Below are positions 13,129 to 28,100 of a DNA stretch of 64,000 nucleotides, piece by piece; within the stretch, counting starts at the first letter, position 1, and each line of letters opens with the position of its first letter. The stretch is taken from contig OZ116698.1 of assembly GCA_964199315.1 (NCBI GenBank), positions 23,994,001 through 24,058,000 on the forward strand, read 5' to 3'. Both the position numbers and the translations under genes were made by a program. This DNA is from Orbicella franksi (Eukaryota). The notes under the pieces were generated by a model that did no database searches, was not told where the DNA came from, and was given only the letters and a program-made list of their open reading frames with translations.

Positions 13129-16100
13129 CTGGATAATAAACAAATAAATGTGTGAAATAGAACGTAAACAAGCAAACGGTTGATCGTGGATGGTACTACT
13201 TGAGGAGACAATCATGTATCGGCCAAAGATGATCGAATTATCAATTCTGAAGTGTATGTTTTGGAGGTGGTTTAAAAATCACCCAAGTATATTACAATCG
13301 AATTTTCGCTCGAAGGACAATTAAATGCGTATATTTAATCAATCCTTGTTATCTTCTTCCCTTTGCTATGTACGTTATTACTCGCTTTAAACTATGTCCC
13401 ACTGTTTTATCAACATTTAATGGTTCTTTTGTAATAAACGTTCAGATTTTTAGCTAACCTATCTTGAATTCAAGTTTATGTTGCTTGTTACATGTCCTTT
13501 CAAGTGTATGGGCTTATCACTTATCACGGGCTTTCAAAGCAAATTATGAATAAATAAGATAAAAGAAATAAATAAACAAGCAAACAAACAAATAAATAAA
13601 TATAAAGGATATTCCTTTAACGGGGGTCCGCTTAATAGAGGTTTCACTGTATACATTACTGCGTAACTGAAAATTCCTCAAATCACCGAGAGAAATTGTC
13701 TTCCTGAGTCGATGAAAACGGGCACTCGTGGAGTCATAGGACGAAAATGAAAATAATGAGTAAAAGGGGAAATCAAAGATCAAAGATCCTATCAGTCATG
13801 ACTCGAAGTGAATACCAGCAATTGAATAGCGTTAAAAAATAACAAAAAAAAGCCCGGAGAACTTATACTTACAGTGAGGTATCTCGGTTTCCTGACGTCG
13901 ACGCTTTGTGGCTGTTCTGAAAACAGTACAAGAGAGCGCTGTTTATCTAACTCATTTCAGTGACGTTAGTGCTATTTATGTCATGTTTTCTGTCACAAGA
14001 CCAATCATGTGCACTGCTATATTGGTCTTGATACTCAATTAAAGGTATTCAATCAATCTTTAATTCTTTCATTTATCATTTGAGGGTAATGAAACAAGAA
14101 GGTGTTAAAGTTGTACTCCATGTAGACCAAGTAAAAAATCCGTTTAATTTACTTAGAATTCGATAGTACTTATGTAGGACTGAACTATACTTGACTCAAA
14201 GTCTGTGCTACATTGGGAGGAATAAATGCACGAACGGCAACCCTAAGCATAACGTAAGACATGATGATCCCTATTCTGACTTTTTTTAATACCTTTTTGG
14301 TTTACCTATCCAACACAGTGACGATAGGCTTCAATAACAATCGGAAGTCTACCCCTCGAATTATGTGAAGGGTACAATTAGAACGCCACCGGAATTTTAG
14401 TCAATTATTGTGATATTGCCAGAAATAGTTGTATCAACCAATGCTTCGCCCAAGTTTTCTTTTTAGGTTGACGGTATCAGCCTACGTGTTTATGAACGTT
14501 TTTTTGCACCCGTCCTTAAATGTCAATAGCTGAATATAGCTTCAAAGATTTTTTTACTGAAACAAGAGAAAAAATCCTCAACAACGACCTATTTTTATCT
14601 ACCACCAGATTCTCGTAGGTAACATTAAACTATCTGTATGCAAGTATGCAGGAACAATACTCGACGTAGTGGTTAATATGGTTCACGACCCTAACACGAA
14701 AAACATAAAAACACATACTTTTTAGTTGACTTTTTATATCTGTTGATGCCACAGGAGGCTGCAAAAAGTACTATTACTGAAGCTGCGCACGCGCTAATTG
14801 TAGTTATAATCCACGTGCTTTGATCTGCTCTCAGATTGGACGCAATCAAGATCTTTGAGGTGGTTTTGTCATCAGACGCTAGTAAAGCCCCACCCGTGGG
14901 ATTTTCCAGTTGAATCCAGACCACACTTGCCGGCGCCTGTCTTCTGTCATTGCCCACATTCAAAATGAAAGAGCTATTCCACTGACCATCTGTCATGGAT
15001 ACGTTTCCAGATGCTGGCCATATAAATTCCAGGTTATCTGAGGAGTCATTTTGGTACAGGGACCATTCCACGGTGATATCACCTAGAGAACCTTTAGATC
15101 TCAGAACGGGGATCTCCAGTGTGGTAACTTGCATCCTGCGAAAGACCTCAATGTGTCCATTCGAACTGTAAACTACACAGAAACAGAATATAATGTTAAT
15201 GCTGTCAGAAAACATCATTATTGAATTTTTTTTCCAAGGAATGATTTTCTTCTCATAATTGTTCATGACTTCCTTATATTATAGTTTTGTATCTTAATTT
15301 GTTGTATTTCGTGGTGAAACAGTGTTAAAATTTAGATAGTAATGCAAGGAATTTGTTTCCAGGGAACAGGGGAACAAAGGGAGGCACTTTTAATAGAAGA
15401 TTAGGAAACGCAGAGATGCCCGATGACTTTCCAAGAAAAAATTAAAGTGGAAAAATTCAAAGTTATAGATGGAATTGACGCAATGCTTTGTATAGACTTT
15501 CTAAAAGTCCTTTCCAATAATTCTTCCCTGAGCTGTTGGTTTCGCCGTTGGAAAGGACTTTTCCCACTGGCAGCGCGCCAAATTTTACCGGTGGATTTTT
15601 CCACCGGTGACGTAAATACACATTAGCCAATGAACAAACAAGTACTAACTATACGTCATGACATCGCGCGCGATCAACGACACAACTCGCAGAGCAAAAT
15701 TAGTGTCTGCTGAGTTGAAGTACTATAAAAATCTTTTTCGTTTAGCTTTTGTTCTCGGATATACTTACTGATATGAATTTTATGGAAGCAATTGAATATG
15801 GGCTATCCAACTTATTTCGAGTCTTTGAAAGAAGGGCAGGGAAAAGCAGTGGAAGGCTATCTATCCGCCCAATACGTGTTTGTTTACTTACGGACGCGAT
15901 CTGAGCTCCTGCGCGATCCGATTAAGTTTGGACCTCTCCAAGAAGAACAGAGCCGTTCTTGCGGTTTGCGAATGACCAAGTTTCTTCTCTACAAAGCAAG
16001 GGCATCGCAGCAAATTTGCATCGGCCGTTTTAACGACTTTACCGTGTTGAAAGCACTCGTCGATCGATGAAGGACTTTTGGGAACAGCGCTTTTATTCTC

Positions 16101-19100
16101 TGCCGTTCGTTGCGACTTCGATTCTCAATGTTATTTAATTAAGAGAGCTTTACAGAATAAAAGTTCTCCCCGACTAATTCCGTCTTCTTTAGTTAATTCG
16201 GATTCTTGTCGGTACAAGCTAGATCTACATAAGTTCATAGCATTTGTCTGGCAGCTCTCTGATCGACTAAAATAATTCCAGATCGGTTTAAACACGGTTT
16301 TGTCTTTTCAGGAGGCGTTAATCAATGGAACAGCTTTTGCCGTTTGTCTGCTGGCTACATACTGCACTGTACACAAATAAATTCATTTGAGTCAGGGAAC
16401 AGTACTCGTAAACGTTTTGATGGAAATCATTTTCTGCTTTCGCGACGATCGCGCGCGGAGCACATGAAAAGTGAGAAATGTCAATCATGTTTTTCGCGCC
16501 AAAAATTTACGCTCTGATTCACATTCCTGCAAGTGAAACAAGTCGACCTCTCGCGACTTACGTGGCTCGCGCCCGCCCTCGCGACTTCGTCGCATTACCG
16601 CTTCACCCGAGGGAGATAAATAAGTCAAGGATTAAGAAAAGGTCGACTTGTGGCAAGTTTATGCTTTGTACACCTAATTATAAAAAATGCTAAAAGTTTT
16701 CGAATCCAGGTTGAGTCAACATATTTACACTACCAATAAATCTTTTTTTTTCAGTTAACAACGTAAATGATAGTCAAAATCTTTTATATTACTTAGAACC
16801 TACTCGAGTGACTCTTGTCAAACAGAATCAAGCCATTCTTTGCATAGAAGGAGAAGAAAAATGAAAATTGAGTCAGGTGACAAACATGCACTTCCAGAAG
16901 TTTCATCGAGCGGTTCACGTGACTCCAAGGCTCTGGACAAGTCAGGGCTGCGTCAAACCTAGAATGAAAGAAGAAACGATGAATCAACTTGTACTGAGCT
17001 TATATAACACTGAGCAAAATTTTTGCTGGTTTTTGGGTTGTATGGTTTTTGATGCCAATTTCTCCTTTTTCTTCTTCCTTGCAACGCGTCAAGCTCTAAA
17101 GTTCCGAAACCGATATGAGCAGGTCGCTTTGTCGTCCATACTTAGCTAACTTGGAGGTAAAAACCAGCAGCTTTCGCCCCTTAGTTCTCAATCGAATTCT
17201 GGATTACACCGAGTAGCATACACAGCAACGACAGCGCCTGAAAATTTTATAACGAATGGCGCGGTTTGTGTTAACGCAAAATTGTGTGAAATTTCAGCTT
17301 GTAAAGCTTCGATTATAGCGCTCAGTTCAAAGCAGCAGGAAAAAAAGATATTTACCAAGTCTCGTTATCCGGATCCCACAAATACAGCACAGGGTCTATG
17401 TCTTCCTTGGTAACTTCTTTACTGACGTGCTCTTTGTTCGCTTCAATCAAGTTATTGACGTCATAGAACATAGAGAGTTTGATTGGCTTAACAAACTTAA
17501 ATCCCTCTTGTACAGTGTTGGTCTGAGGATCCAAGGCCTTGATGACAAAACTGTAGTTACCAAGCATGAATTGCTGTTGGGTTGTAAAAGTAAAATACCT
17601 TCATTAAAGGTACAATTTACAGGTTGTATGGGGAAACAGTAACAATGAGCCTCTGAAGCCGAAAAAAGGTGCAATTTGCTGCCTTGTGATTGATAAAAAA
17701 GTAACAGAAAATTTAAAATTCCGTTTGTTTTTTCCCTGGGCAAGATCGCTTGCATTCGTTTTATTGGGTCGAGATTGGAAACCATGCCCACCGTTACGAA
17801 ATTCAATATGTGATGTTCTTGAATCTGCTTATAGGAGAACGATAAATTGGTGCGCAGATTGCGAATTATTATGCCTTCAAGTCAAAGGAAACCTCGATAT
17901 AACATCAAAACTTTAGGCTCGAGAACCAATGATGAATGAAGAGAAGTGAGACCGAGGGAAAACTGATTAATATCAATATACATATTCTTCCTACTGGTAC
18001 ATAATACGTTTGTCCAACTAATCGTTGGAACAATTGTTCTTTCTTAAGTGTTACTTTGTCTGATCAGTTGGTTTGTTCTCATAACCTGCAACTTGACTTT
18101 GTGTTGATATGGGAGAAGAAATTCCACGTGGATCATCGTAAACAATTCGTTTAAACGAAATAAAAAACAAGATCATCCTCACACGGGCAAAATGTACCAT
18201 TTTCGTTGCCCCTTAAACTCGGTTTGCCTTAATGTAAAATATAAACGTCCTAGTGAAAAAGGGTGTCAAACGAACCTTTGGTTTTGTCTTGGAAGGATTA
18301 CTGACAGGACCCTCCTCGGTTTTGTTTTCGTCTAACGCTTTTTCATCCAAGCTATAACATCGCAACTTCACTTCATCCTCAACAGCTCCTTTAGGGACAT
18401 CCAGTGTTCCGTACGTCTGCCCAACGCCTCCATCCTTGCGTGTTCCATTGTCGTTCACGTTAACAGTATCGAAGAAAAACGACGCTTTTGATGAATTGTC
18501 AAAGACATACTCGGACTTCCCGACAACAATTCCGTCGGAGGATAGCCAATCCGATAGTAAACCAGCCCCATTTATTGCTCGTACGGTTGCGAAGTATTTT
18601 TTTCCTTTTTCTAGTGTCCCTTCCTTTACCTTAGCACGCCATATAGTTGTATTGATAACCTCTTCAAAGTCTGATACGTCGACCAGACCAGGTCCACTTC
18701 CCCACGCCACCTCATATGACGTCACACCACTGTCTGGATCGCTCCCAGAAAAGTAGGCAAAAATAATGTCAACAAACACCTGTCAAAAACGAGAGATGAA
18801 TCTTTATGGTACGGCATGTAATTGAATTTATGATCAGGGTTGATCGTGCACGCGTCCGTAGAGATCTTGCGTAACTCGTAAAAGGGGAACTGAGTGGAAA
18901 AGTACAGTATTCATTTAGTCCGTCTTAACACTTAAGTTTCGAGGAACATGTTTCAACAACCTCCACTGGCTTCGGCAGTTAGGAGAAAAAGATACAACGT
19001 ACGATATGAATTATGACCTATGTAGACGGAGAGTAAACTTAGTAGAGGTTGTCGAAACATAACTTTCCTTGAAACTTAAAAGGTTTTTTTTTCTAAAAAT

Positions 19101-22100
19101 ATTTACGTGCAGAAGAAATTCCACATCTAAATGCTGCTTGAGGCACAGGACTACCCACGCTTTTATACCTGATAGTCCATGTCTGGTCCCATGACTCCAT
19201 CTCTCACATATGTCATGACAGGCGGTGTAGTATCTATGATAACACCATCACTGTGAGCAGCTGAACACATTCGGGCTCCATTGCAGGCAATAACTGTGAT
19301 GTAATAGGAATCTCCATGTTTCAAACTAAGTCCATAGTGACTTCCATTTGGCCTCATTCCTGTGCTCTCGCATACCCGAATGTCGTCTGTCATTGGCTTC
19401 CTGCCCACACACCAGAAATACTCCACAATGTCGCTCTCATTATCCAGAAAATCAATCCACCTGGCATGGACCTCTCGCGTGTTATTCGTAAACTTCACAT
19501 CCGTGGCCTCAAAATTACGAGTAGAACACTGGCTGTTTTCCCCAAATGTTGAGTTATCGGAGCAATTCACGTTTTGGTCACTGCCAAGTCCATCGTATAT
19601 CACTCCAGGCACGGGAGCTGTCGAGTCGATCACAAATGATCCTGATAACGAGCTCGTTGATTTACCAGCTCGGGTGGTTTCGAGTAGTTCGACAGTGTAG
19701 ACGTGCTCGGATCCAGCGACGAACAACGATCCATTTGATAACTGAACATTGATTCCATTTGTTGTGTTGCTTAAATGTAAGGTCGAAACACAAGATGTGT
19801 CATCGCAGATACCTGACTTGAAACTGGAGGACTCATTAATTTGAGGCGAGAAGCAAATCCTCCCGTCGCAAACTGAACAAGTTTCCGAAAAGCCTCCAAA
19901 TGATTTCCTTCCTTCCTCACAAGGTTGACAAGATATGGGACGTAAGCTTCGGACGTTATAAACTCTGGTACGGAAGTGGTTTGGCGGACAGTATGTTGCC
20001 ATAAAAACTCTTCCGGTGCTTGACCATTGATGAGTGTTAGGCCACGTAAGGACGTCAGGTATCCCGAATAAGATAGTGTTTCCTTTGAAGGACACAGATG
20101 TTCGAGTCTCCATGCCATCAACTCGTAACGCGCTTCCTCTGGCAAGTACTGATCCTAGATTGACACATTCAGTAATTCCTTTCCTCACGTCGGGATCTTT
20201 AGAGTAAATTCCTTGGAAGCCAAGCAGTTGGACTCCTTCACCACCATTTAATGCTTCAATTCCGAGGGCAACAATAAATCCTTCCCCTCGAGTGTTTACA
20301 TCAAGATTCCCACTCAGTTCATCAATATCTCTCCCAGCCTTGTACTCACACACATCATGATAAGAATTTGAAGAGATGTTAATCTGAAACACTTTTAGTA
20401 ATCGAGATGTCTCGGACAATACCACAAGAGCGTCCGTGTCAGTAAGGTGTAAAGACAGAGGTGCCATTTGGTTTACAGAGTCGGCTGGACATATTGTTTT
20501 ACGGACTACAAGGGCTGGTAGTGAGTATATAAACACGCAGCAGTTTTTCCCATGTCCAGCCGAAATCGCCAGAGTACGGTCGTTCAAAGATATTGAGTGT
20601 CCAAAGTTTGGATCGTTCAAATCCTCGCCAATTACCTGAGTAAACTTCCATTTTCCAGAATCCTCTCGAAAAACGGCAACAACGCTGTTGTTGGTGGTTA
20701 AATTCGTTCCAGTCACTGCAATTACGTTCTGATTGAGGGCAAATGCTTGTCCAAGGTTATCTGCCCATGCTTCATCATCAGAGCAGTCTGACGCTGAAAC
20801 GCTTTTACATTTTCCAACCACGATGGCCTCGCTTAATATGCTTTCACTAGGCTCACCAACAGTAAGGTTATAGAGATAGAGTTTACCATTCAATAGAAAG
20901 CCTGTTCTGTTTTCACTGGAAGATATCTTTACTCTTGCATTAGGATCAGAGTGGTCATCAAGCACAATAGAGTAACTTGCAGTTTGATTCTTCAGAGGCT
21001 GTAGAACCACTTTACCTTTACATCCAATAGCTACAACGTCATTTTGCAAAACCGCAACGGAAACTCCATAGTCTTCGACTGGTAAAGTCGACTTGAAGTG
21101 TGTGTCACTTAAGGCAGATAGTGCATTGTTAGGCGTTCTTGCACAGCACGCACCTTCCGCGTCCGCAAAACCAGGGATTGCCTTCATTGTTGTGGACTGG
21201 GATGTCATGTTTGTGTCATTATTTCCACTTGTCACTCTTTTAACGATTATTTTAAATTCGGCAGTTGGGCTAAACATATTGTGTTCGAGTAAAAACTTTG
21301 TTCTGTCAAATGTTTGGTTTGAGGCATCACTGTTAACGGTGAGTTCTAACTCCGCTGGAGAAGAGATGAAGGTCATATCGGTATCTACTGTACTCTCGCT
21401 GACTGGTGGAATCCTCAGGTTTGGTAACCAGCGTAAGTGTTCATTTTCAGCGGCTTTGTCGCGGATTGCAAGACCACGGGTTGGTGGAGGACTCGGTTCC
21501 ATTTTTAACCCATCGCTGCAGGCCTCGGAGTAGATTCCTCCCTTGTTCCACACCCTCACAATGCCACGGTAACGTTCCCACGGATGAAAGGTTCTTCTTA
21601 TTGTTACGTTGCGTTGCCACGGCAACACGTCCATGAAGGGTTGCTCAAGAGACTCTCCATTCCAAGACGTATCCTGAAGAATTCGTGGTACAGAAAGATT
21701 AGAGGAGAGTTTCGTGACTGCTACCTGAACACGCAGGCGTGAAACGTCGTCAAGATAACTGCCAATAACGTTCCACCTCAGTGTCAAACTTTGCAAATTC
21801 GCCTTCCAGTCGATATCTGTGAAATTGCTTGTATTAAAGCTTGAAATGTCAATCACTTCGGCCAGCTTCGGTGCTATAGTAATTATTGTGCATGGATCTG
21901 ATACTATTCGCCTTCTTAGTTTCGCTCCGTTCTCGGCATACACGGTGGAAAATAGTTTTGTTCCTAGGCGAAGTCTGTTGACGATAGCAGCGCCTCGCGT
22001 TCTCATTCCCACCGACCTCATAGACACCACGTCACATGAAGCCTTTGCTGTTCCAACACACCAGTCATACTTCACCATTCCACTCTCTTGGTCTTCATAT

Positions 22101-25100
22101 TCTTCCCAACGGGATGTTAAGTATTCTTCGGAGCAAATGAAAGTGATGGGAGAGCTAGTTTGATTCTCTTTTAATGATTTGAGATTTGAGATGGAAACAT
22201 TTACATTTGTTAGGGTTGAATTTGAACGTGTCAAAGAAGACAAATAGTCATCATTCTTTGGAGTCGGTAGGGTCAAATCGATCAATACTCCATCACTTGT
22301 CATCTCCGTTGACTGTCCAATTCTATTTGTACCACGAACGATAGCGTAGTAAGTTTTGTCATGCGTAAGGTTAAGGCCATCGATTGTGTAGCTTCTGTTC
22401 AATTGTACGTCAACGAAGGTGGTGACAGTACAGTTTTGGAGAGCAGAAGTCAGACAAATTTCATATTTAACGATGCCACTCTCGAAGTCCATGAAAGGAG
22501 TCCAACTGCAAGAATTAATGAGTAAATATAATTAAATATAATTGTTTTAACTAGTAGAAGCAACTTCTTTTAGATGATCACTTTATTGCTCTCCCAGGGT
22601 TGAAAAAATAACAAACAATTCAAGCTAATTTATAGACAAGTAGAACTGGAGCAGGAGTTATCATCAGAGTGAAGTGAAAAGTGCCCATCAGCCAAACGTT
22701 TTCTAAATCTGATCTCATGTTAGTGTAACCGTAATGTATTTGGCGGTAAGACTCGTGTAAAGTTTGTCCGCAGTGACTGTTCAGTTCTTGTAAATTTCGA
22801 TCTGCGTATTGATAGTCAGTTAAGTCATTCTATTTGAGGTCTGATCGTCCGTTTAGGTTGGGAATAAGTGGATAGTTGCTGACATCTAGTGGGAGGCGTT
22901 TATGCCAAGTTTGTGTACCCACTTCCTGGAGTCAGTCGTTGAACAAAGTTTTAAGTTTAGATTAATATTTGATCAGAGTCTGAGTCAATGCTGTGGTTTG
23001 TAGGTTGATAATGTTCTGTTATGTGATCATGAATTGACATTGCTATTTCCCTTCGCTCGTTTGTGTTCTCAGGTAGTCTCGTGTACTCCCTATCTGTTTT
23101 TATTGGTTAGTAAATTACGAAACGTGTCATGTGGGCTATAGGATCCGCGCGCTGGTCTAGAAAGTGTCATCTATTTTGACCTTTTCTAGATATCACAAAA
23201 CTTTGAAAATAGTATTCTGCCGGGGATTCTCCATACTTACACACGGACGCTATTAACTACACTCGCATTCATACGATTACTTATGCTAATTAGAGCAAAA
23301 TACAGCAGTTTATATGACAATTCCGTTCGAGGAAATTGCAATGGTTTTTGATTAAGGGACTAAACGTGCTGGTGATCGGTTTTGAAACTATTACCGATTA
23401 CTTGCTGAATTGTGCTCCATTCATTCAAATCACTATCACATATGCTATTATGTTACCTTACGACCACTTTGGCAGAATCTGACTGATAGCTGACGTGCAT
23501 GTTTCTAGCACCAATCCATACTTTGCCTTCCGTCGGAGGAGTAAAATCGACCGTGAATCCATCAGAGAATACTTCCAAAGTAATACCGGCGTAGTTTTTG
23601 GCCCTCACGATAAACCTGTATTGCTCGCCACTCTCAAGATCCAAACCTGCAGAAAACAAAGTCTTTTTTATTGGAAGTACGTTTAACTATGACTTGCATT
23701 TCAAACTTGAGCAGAAAAATGTGCACAATAACAATCACAAAGCTGAATAGAGGATGATGTGGCAATCACGCTGAAGGTTAAATCAAAGCCGGTTACTCGT
23801 CATCAGTTTAATCTCACCTGTTATTGTCACATTAGTGACTTGTCCCACTGCAGTGAAGGTTTGAGGACAGGAAGACAGGTTTCTAGCATCACATAAAGCG
23901 ACTTCGTAAGACTCGATACCAGATTCCAAGTCCAGAAAATCTAACCAACGTGCAGTGATATCATCTTCACTATTCACATAATCTACATCTGACACCATTC
24001 CATCTATCACACTACCGGAAATGGGAGGGCTTTCATCGACTATCACTCCATCTGACGTTAGTGATGTTGTTACACCTGCTCCGTTGGTTGCTTTGACCGT
24101 GACATAATGGCGCTGGCCATTTGCGATCGCCTTGTTAAGCACATAACGGACAAAGGTGCCATTATGATCAATTTGCGTTTCATTCACGAGATCACAAGTG
24201 CCTAAAGACAAACCCGCACACCAAGTGACTTTAATGACTCCACTTTCAAGGTCTTCAAAGGCACTCCAGTAAGCTGTAATGAGGGTTCTGCTCTGTTGAA
24301 CATCAATGTCCTCGCCTTCTTTATTTCCATCTATTATTGTACCATCATTGGTAGGTCCTAAAAATATGGAAAACAAACGTAATGTAAACGTAGTTCTAAG
24401 ACCTAAAAATCTCTTCACCGGAGGGCAAATAAAGTTCAATATTGACCAGGGACGACATCTTGGCCCTCAACGATCTTCGGCTAAGATGATCCGGTAATAT
24501 ACTCCACCGGAAGTTCACTTTAAACGGACTCTGTTTCTATTGTCTCAGTGTTTGTATGCATGATTGGTCAAATAAAGTCACCTTGATCTTAAATTATTTA
24601 ACTCAATGCCAGCAGTACATATCACAACCTAAAAAGGAAGCATCGTTAATTTACCCGTCCTCGGATCTCTTAATGAGGTAGTCCAAGCAAGAGTATATTT
24701 AACATGGTTACTTATTTTTTCCAAGCAGTAACAACACCTCGGGGCAGTGGAAATGGACTGGAATACATTTAGTAGCTGCCCAATAAAAAAAGAATCACGA
24801 ATATCGATTTGTACCTGTCTTGTCGACAACAATCCCGTCAGACGTTTTCACTTCACTTGCTAAGCCTGCTCCGTTTTCTGCCTTAACAGAAACAAAGTAC
24901 GTTTCTCCTTGAATGAGCGGTAAATCTTGGAAAGTGAAAGTAGTGGAGTTACTCATGTCAGTAAAGTTCTTGATGTTACAATCTCCTGGCTGTGTTCCAA
25001 CACAAACGTAGGAAGTACGAACACTGCTCTCTTTGTCCCAGAAGCCATTCCACTGAACTGCAATTTGGGACTGTGTGAAATGCTCTGCAGCCTCCTTCAT

Positions 25101-28100
25101 GATTGGGTTTGTGCTCTCAAGGAAATTTATCTCACCCAAAAAGGGAGGCGTTGAGTCAAGCACGAAGCCATCTGAATAGAGTTCTGCGAACAGGCCAACG
25201 TTGTTTTCCACCCGAATTTTCGTCACATACCTTAGTCCTTCTTTGAATTCCAGGTCAGCCAAACAGATAAATGTTTGGTTTCCTACGTCCAAATTATACA
25301 GTACACATTCACGAGTGTCCGTTTCAGAGCAGACGGAGACCTCGCTTTTGAGCACACCACTCTCAGAATCTATGCTATCCCAACTAACACAGTACCTGTC
25401 TTTAGCTGTGAGGTATTCAATCTTTTTATCACCTAGGCCAAGCTGCAAGTCCAGAACCTATCCGAATAAAGCGTATATATAATTTAATCAAATGAAAGAA
25501 ACGTTTCTATTTACACAACATTAGCGTATATTAAAGCAATTGTTGCAACTCCGAAACGTTTTGCTCGATTCTATATTTAATTTCTTATGCACCCCAAATC
25601 GTAGAAAACAAATTCAATATACATGTAATATTAAGTACATCATATTTTAGTAAAACTTGCAGTGCAAACCCAGGGTAGCGTGGTGATCTATTTCAAGAAA
25701 GTTTGAGCAAGTTGTCTAAAGGACGTTTGTCTACTACATCATTCATACGCAACTAAGCCGCTTTTTGTTTAAAAAGGGTAACAAAACTTTTTGAGTATCA
25801 AAGGGTTAAACTGGATCCTAAACGTGCCGAAAGAAATATAAAGATAGCGATGTGAAGAGGAAGTGGACTACAGTGGGCTCACCTTTGAGAGAATCGGTGG
25901 AGTGTCGTCAACTCTAAATCCGTCTGAGGATACTGTTGTATATTGGCCTGCGTTGTTCAAGGTGCTGACAGTAATAAATATTGATATTCCTCCAGGTAGT
26001 GGTGGCAGAATCTGTTGACTGGCACTGGTGCGATCGCCAACGCTGGTTTCGGATATGATATCGCAGATACCCTTTCCTGTGCCAGCACACCAAGTATAGC
26101 CTCTAACATCTGATTCTTCATCCTGGAACTCATCCCAGTTGGCAGAAATGACCGTGTCAGCTGCTTGGTAATCAATGTCCAGGAGTGTCTGACCATCTCT
26201 TACCTTTCCTCCTAAAGGTGACGTACTGTCAACTCTGACACCATTAGAGGTTGCCGTTGTGCTGTAACCGGACTCACTCGTTGCACGTACGGTAACAAAG
26301 TACCTTCCATTGTGCTTTAAGCTTAATCCTGTTATGGACCCTTTAAAGTCCATGCCAAGACTTACAAATCCACTCACATCACATGTCCCTGCTTCTGTTC
26401 CTGCACACATCTCGTAGTCAGCAATGCGGCTATTAGCACATTGGAACGGGGACCAGTTGGCTGAGAGTCGAGTAGTAAAGCTTTGAAATTCTCTATCTGT
26501 CTGTCGCTCCAATCCATCGTACACAGTCCCCGGAGATGGGTTAGCTCCATCCAGCATAAACTGGTTAGAAGTAGCTTCACTGAATAAGCCAACCTTATTA
26601 AACGCACGGACAATTATGACATACGATATGCCATACTTGATACCAAAAGCGTCAATATTTGTAGCAGTATTAAGGCCAACGTTCACATATTCATTAATAC
26701 ATTTGTCTGTTTCGCTCGTTTGACAAATGGCCCATTCAAAATGGCTTAAACGACTCTCGTTATCCACAAACCCACTCCATTTAGCTGTAATTGAATCTCT
26801 TTTTTTAAAATAGGTGGTTTCTGCAGTTTTTCTTAAGGTCACATTTCCAACTGACGGAGGGGTGGTATCAATTAAAAGCGGTCGGGCGACGACCGTGGAA
26901 GTAATTCCAGCACCATTTGTCACAACAAGCATCACATACACTACAGTACCAGAGGCTAGCGGTGGAGACATGTAATGCTTTACCGAAGTATCTCCCGGAT
27001 CAACTGAGGTCAGCGAGACGATATCACAGGAGTTGTTCTTTGTTCCCGCGCACCATTTAACAGACCAAATTCTGCTTTCCGTGTCATAGGGCTTATTCCA
27101 ATAGAATTCTAAATATCTACCATCATTTTGAATGATGAATTGGGGCACGCTATCTTCTTCATTTTCAACACTGTGGTAAACCCCTTCCATTGTAGGTGGC
27201 GAGTTGTCGACGGTTATACCATCAGAGTAGATTGCATCTTTAAGACCAGCACCATTGGTTGCCTCGACTGTAAAAAAATACTGTAAGCCTTCTTGAAGAT
27301 TAACCCAGTGATAAACGCTTGTTCGAAGGTCAACAGATGTCATGTTTTTTACTTCACAGGTTCCTGAAAAATAACACAAAACTTAAATATTCTATGTATA
27401 TACTCCAACTCCTAACAAAGAAGTCAAACATAAACAGCTGCATCGGTACGTTGTAAATGGAATGGCTCGTCCAAGCATAACTTTGGGATGACCAGGACTT
27501 AAAAAAAGAGGTGCACCAAAGAGAAGTCATGGTTACCTTGGGCTATTCCAACACACCACTGATATTCTATAACATCGCTTTCAGAATCTTCAAACCCACT
27601 CCAGTGCGCAAACAACATCCCGCTATCTTTTTGGTGATCACTGTCGATAAACACCCCCGTCATTGGCATTGTCCGATTACCATCCAAAATTTCCCCTGCT
27701 TCAGGGGGCGTCCAGTCCACTACTACTTGCTTTGATGTTAGAACGGTTTCCAGACCTACCATGTTGACGCCAGTAACGGTCACGTAGAAAATTAAGCCTT
27801 GATACAGCGTGAAATTTACTTGGCCTAAATCAAGGGAACGGCTTAGACTCTCGAGGCGTTGACTGGCTAACAGGTCACTTTTAAATGGAAAGCTGCCGAC
27901 GTGAACGATGAAGTGGCTTATTCCGCTTTCGGGATCATCAATTGACCAGGTAACTACAGGAGCAGACGGTGATGTTAAGAACAAAGTTTCTTCACCCGAT
28001 GATGGCGAGATCTGGATTGATTTTGCAACTGGAGGTGTTCGGTCTATAATTACACCATCCGAGGATGACATTACAGTATCACCCCTAACGTTTTCAGCCT

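Noticed and set aside
13544-13783. 79-aa minus-strand ORF as an extra exon of the giant gene
   Set aside because: The flanking exons already join in phase without it, the candidate acceptor would create a TGA, and part of it looks like a repeat end.
15587-15608. Perfect 9-bp stem-loop accggtgga-tttt-tccaccggt as a Helitron end or terminator
   Set aside because: No CTRR terminus or matching 5' end found; it lies within intronic repeat debris.
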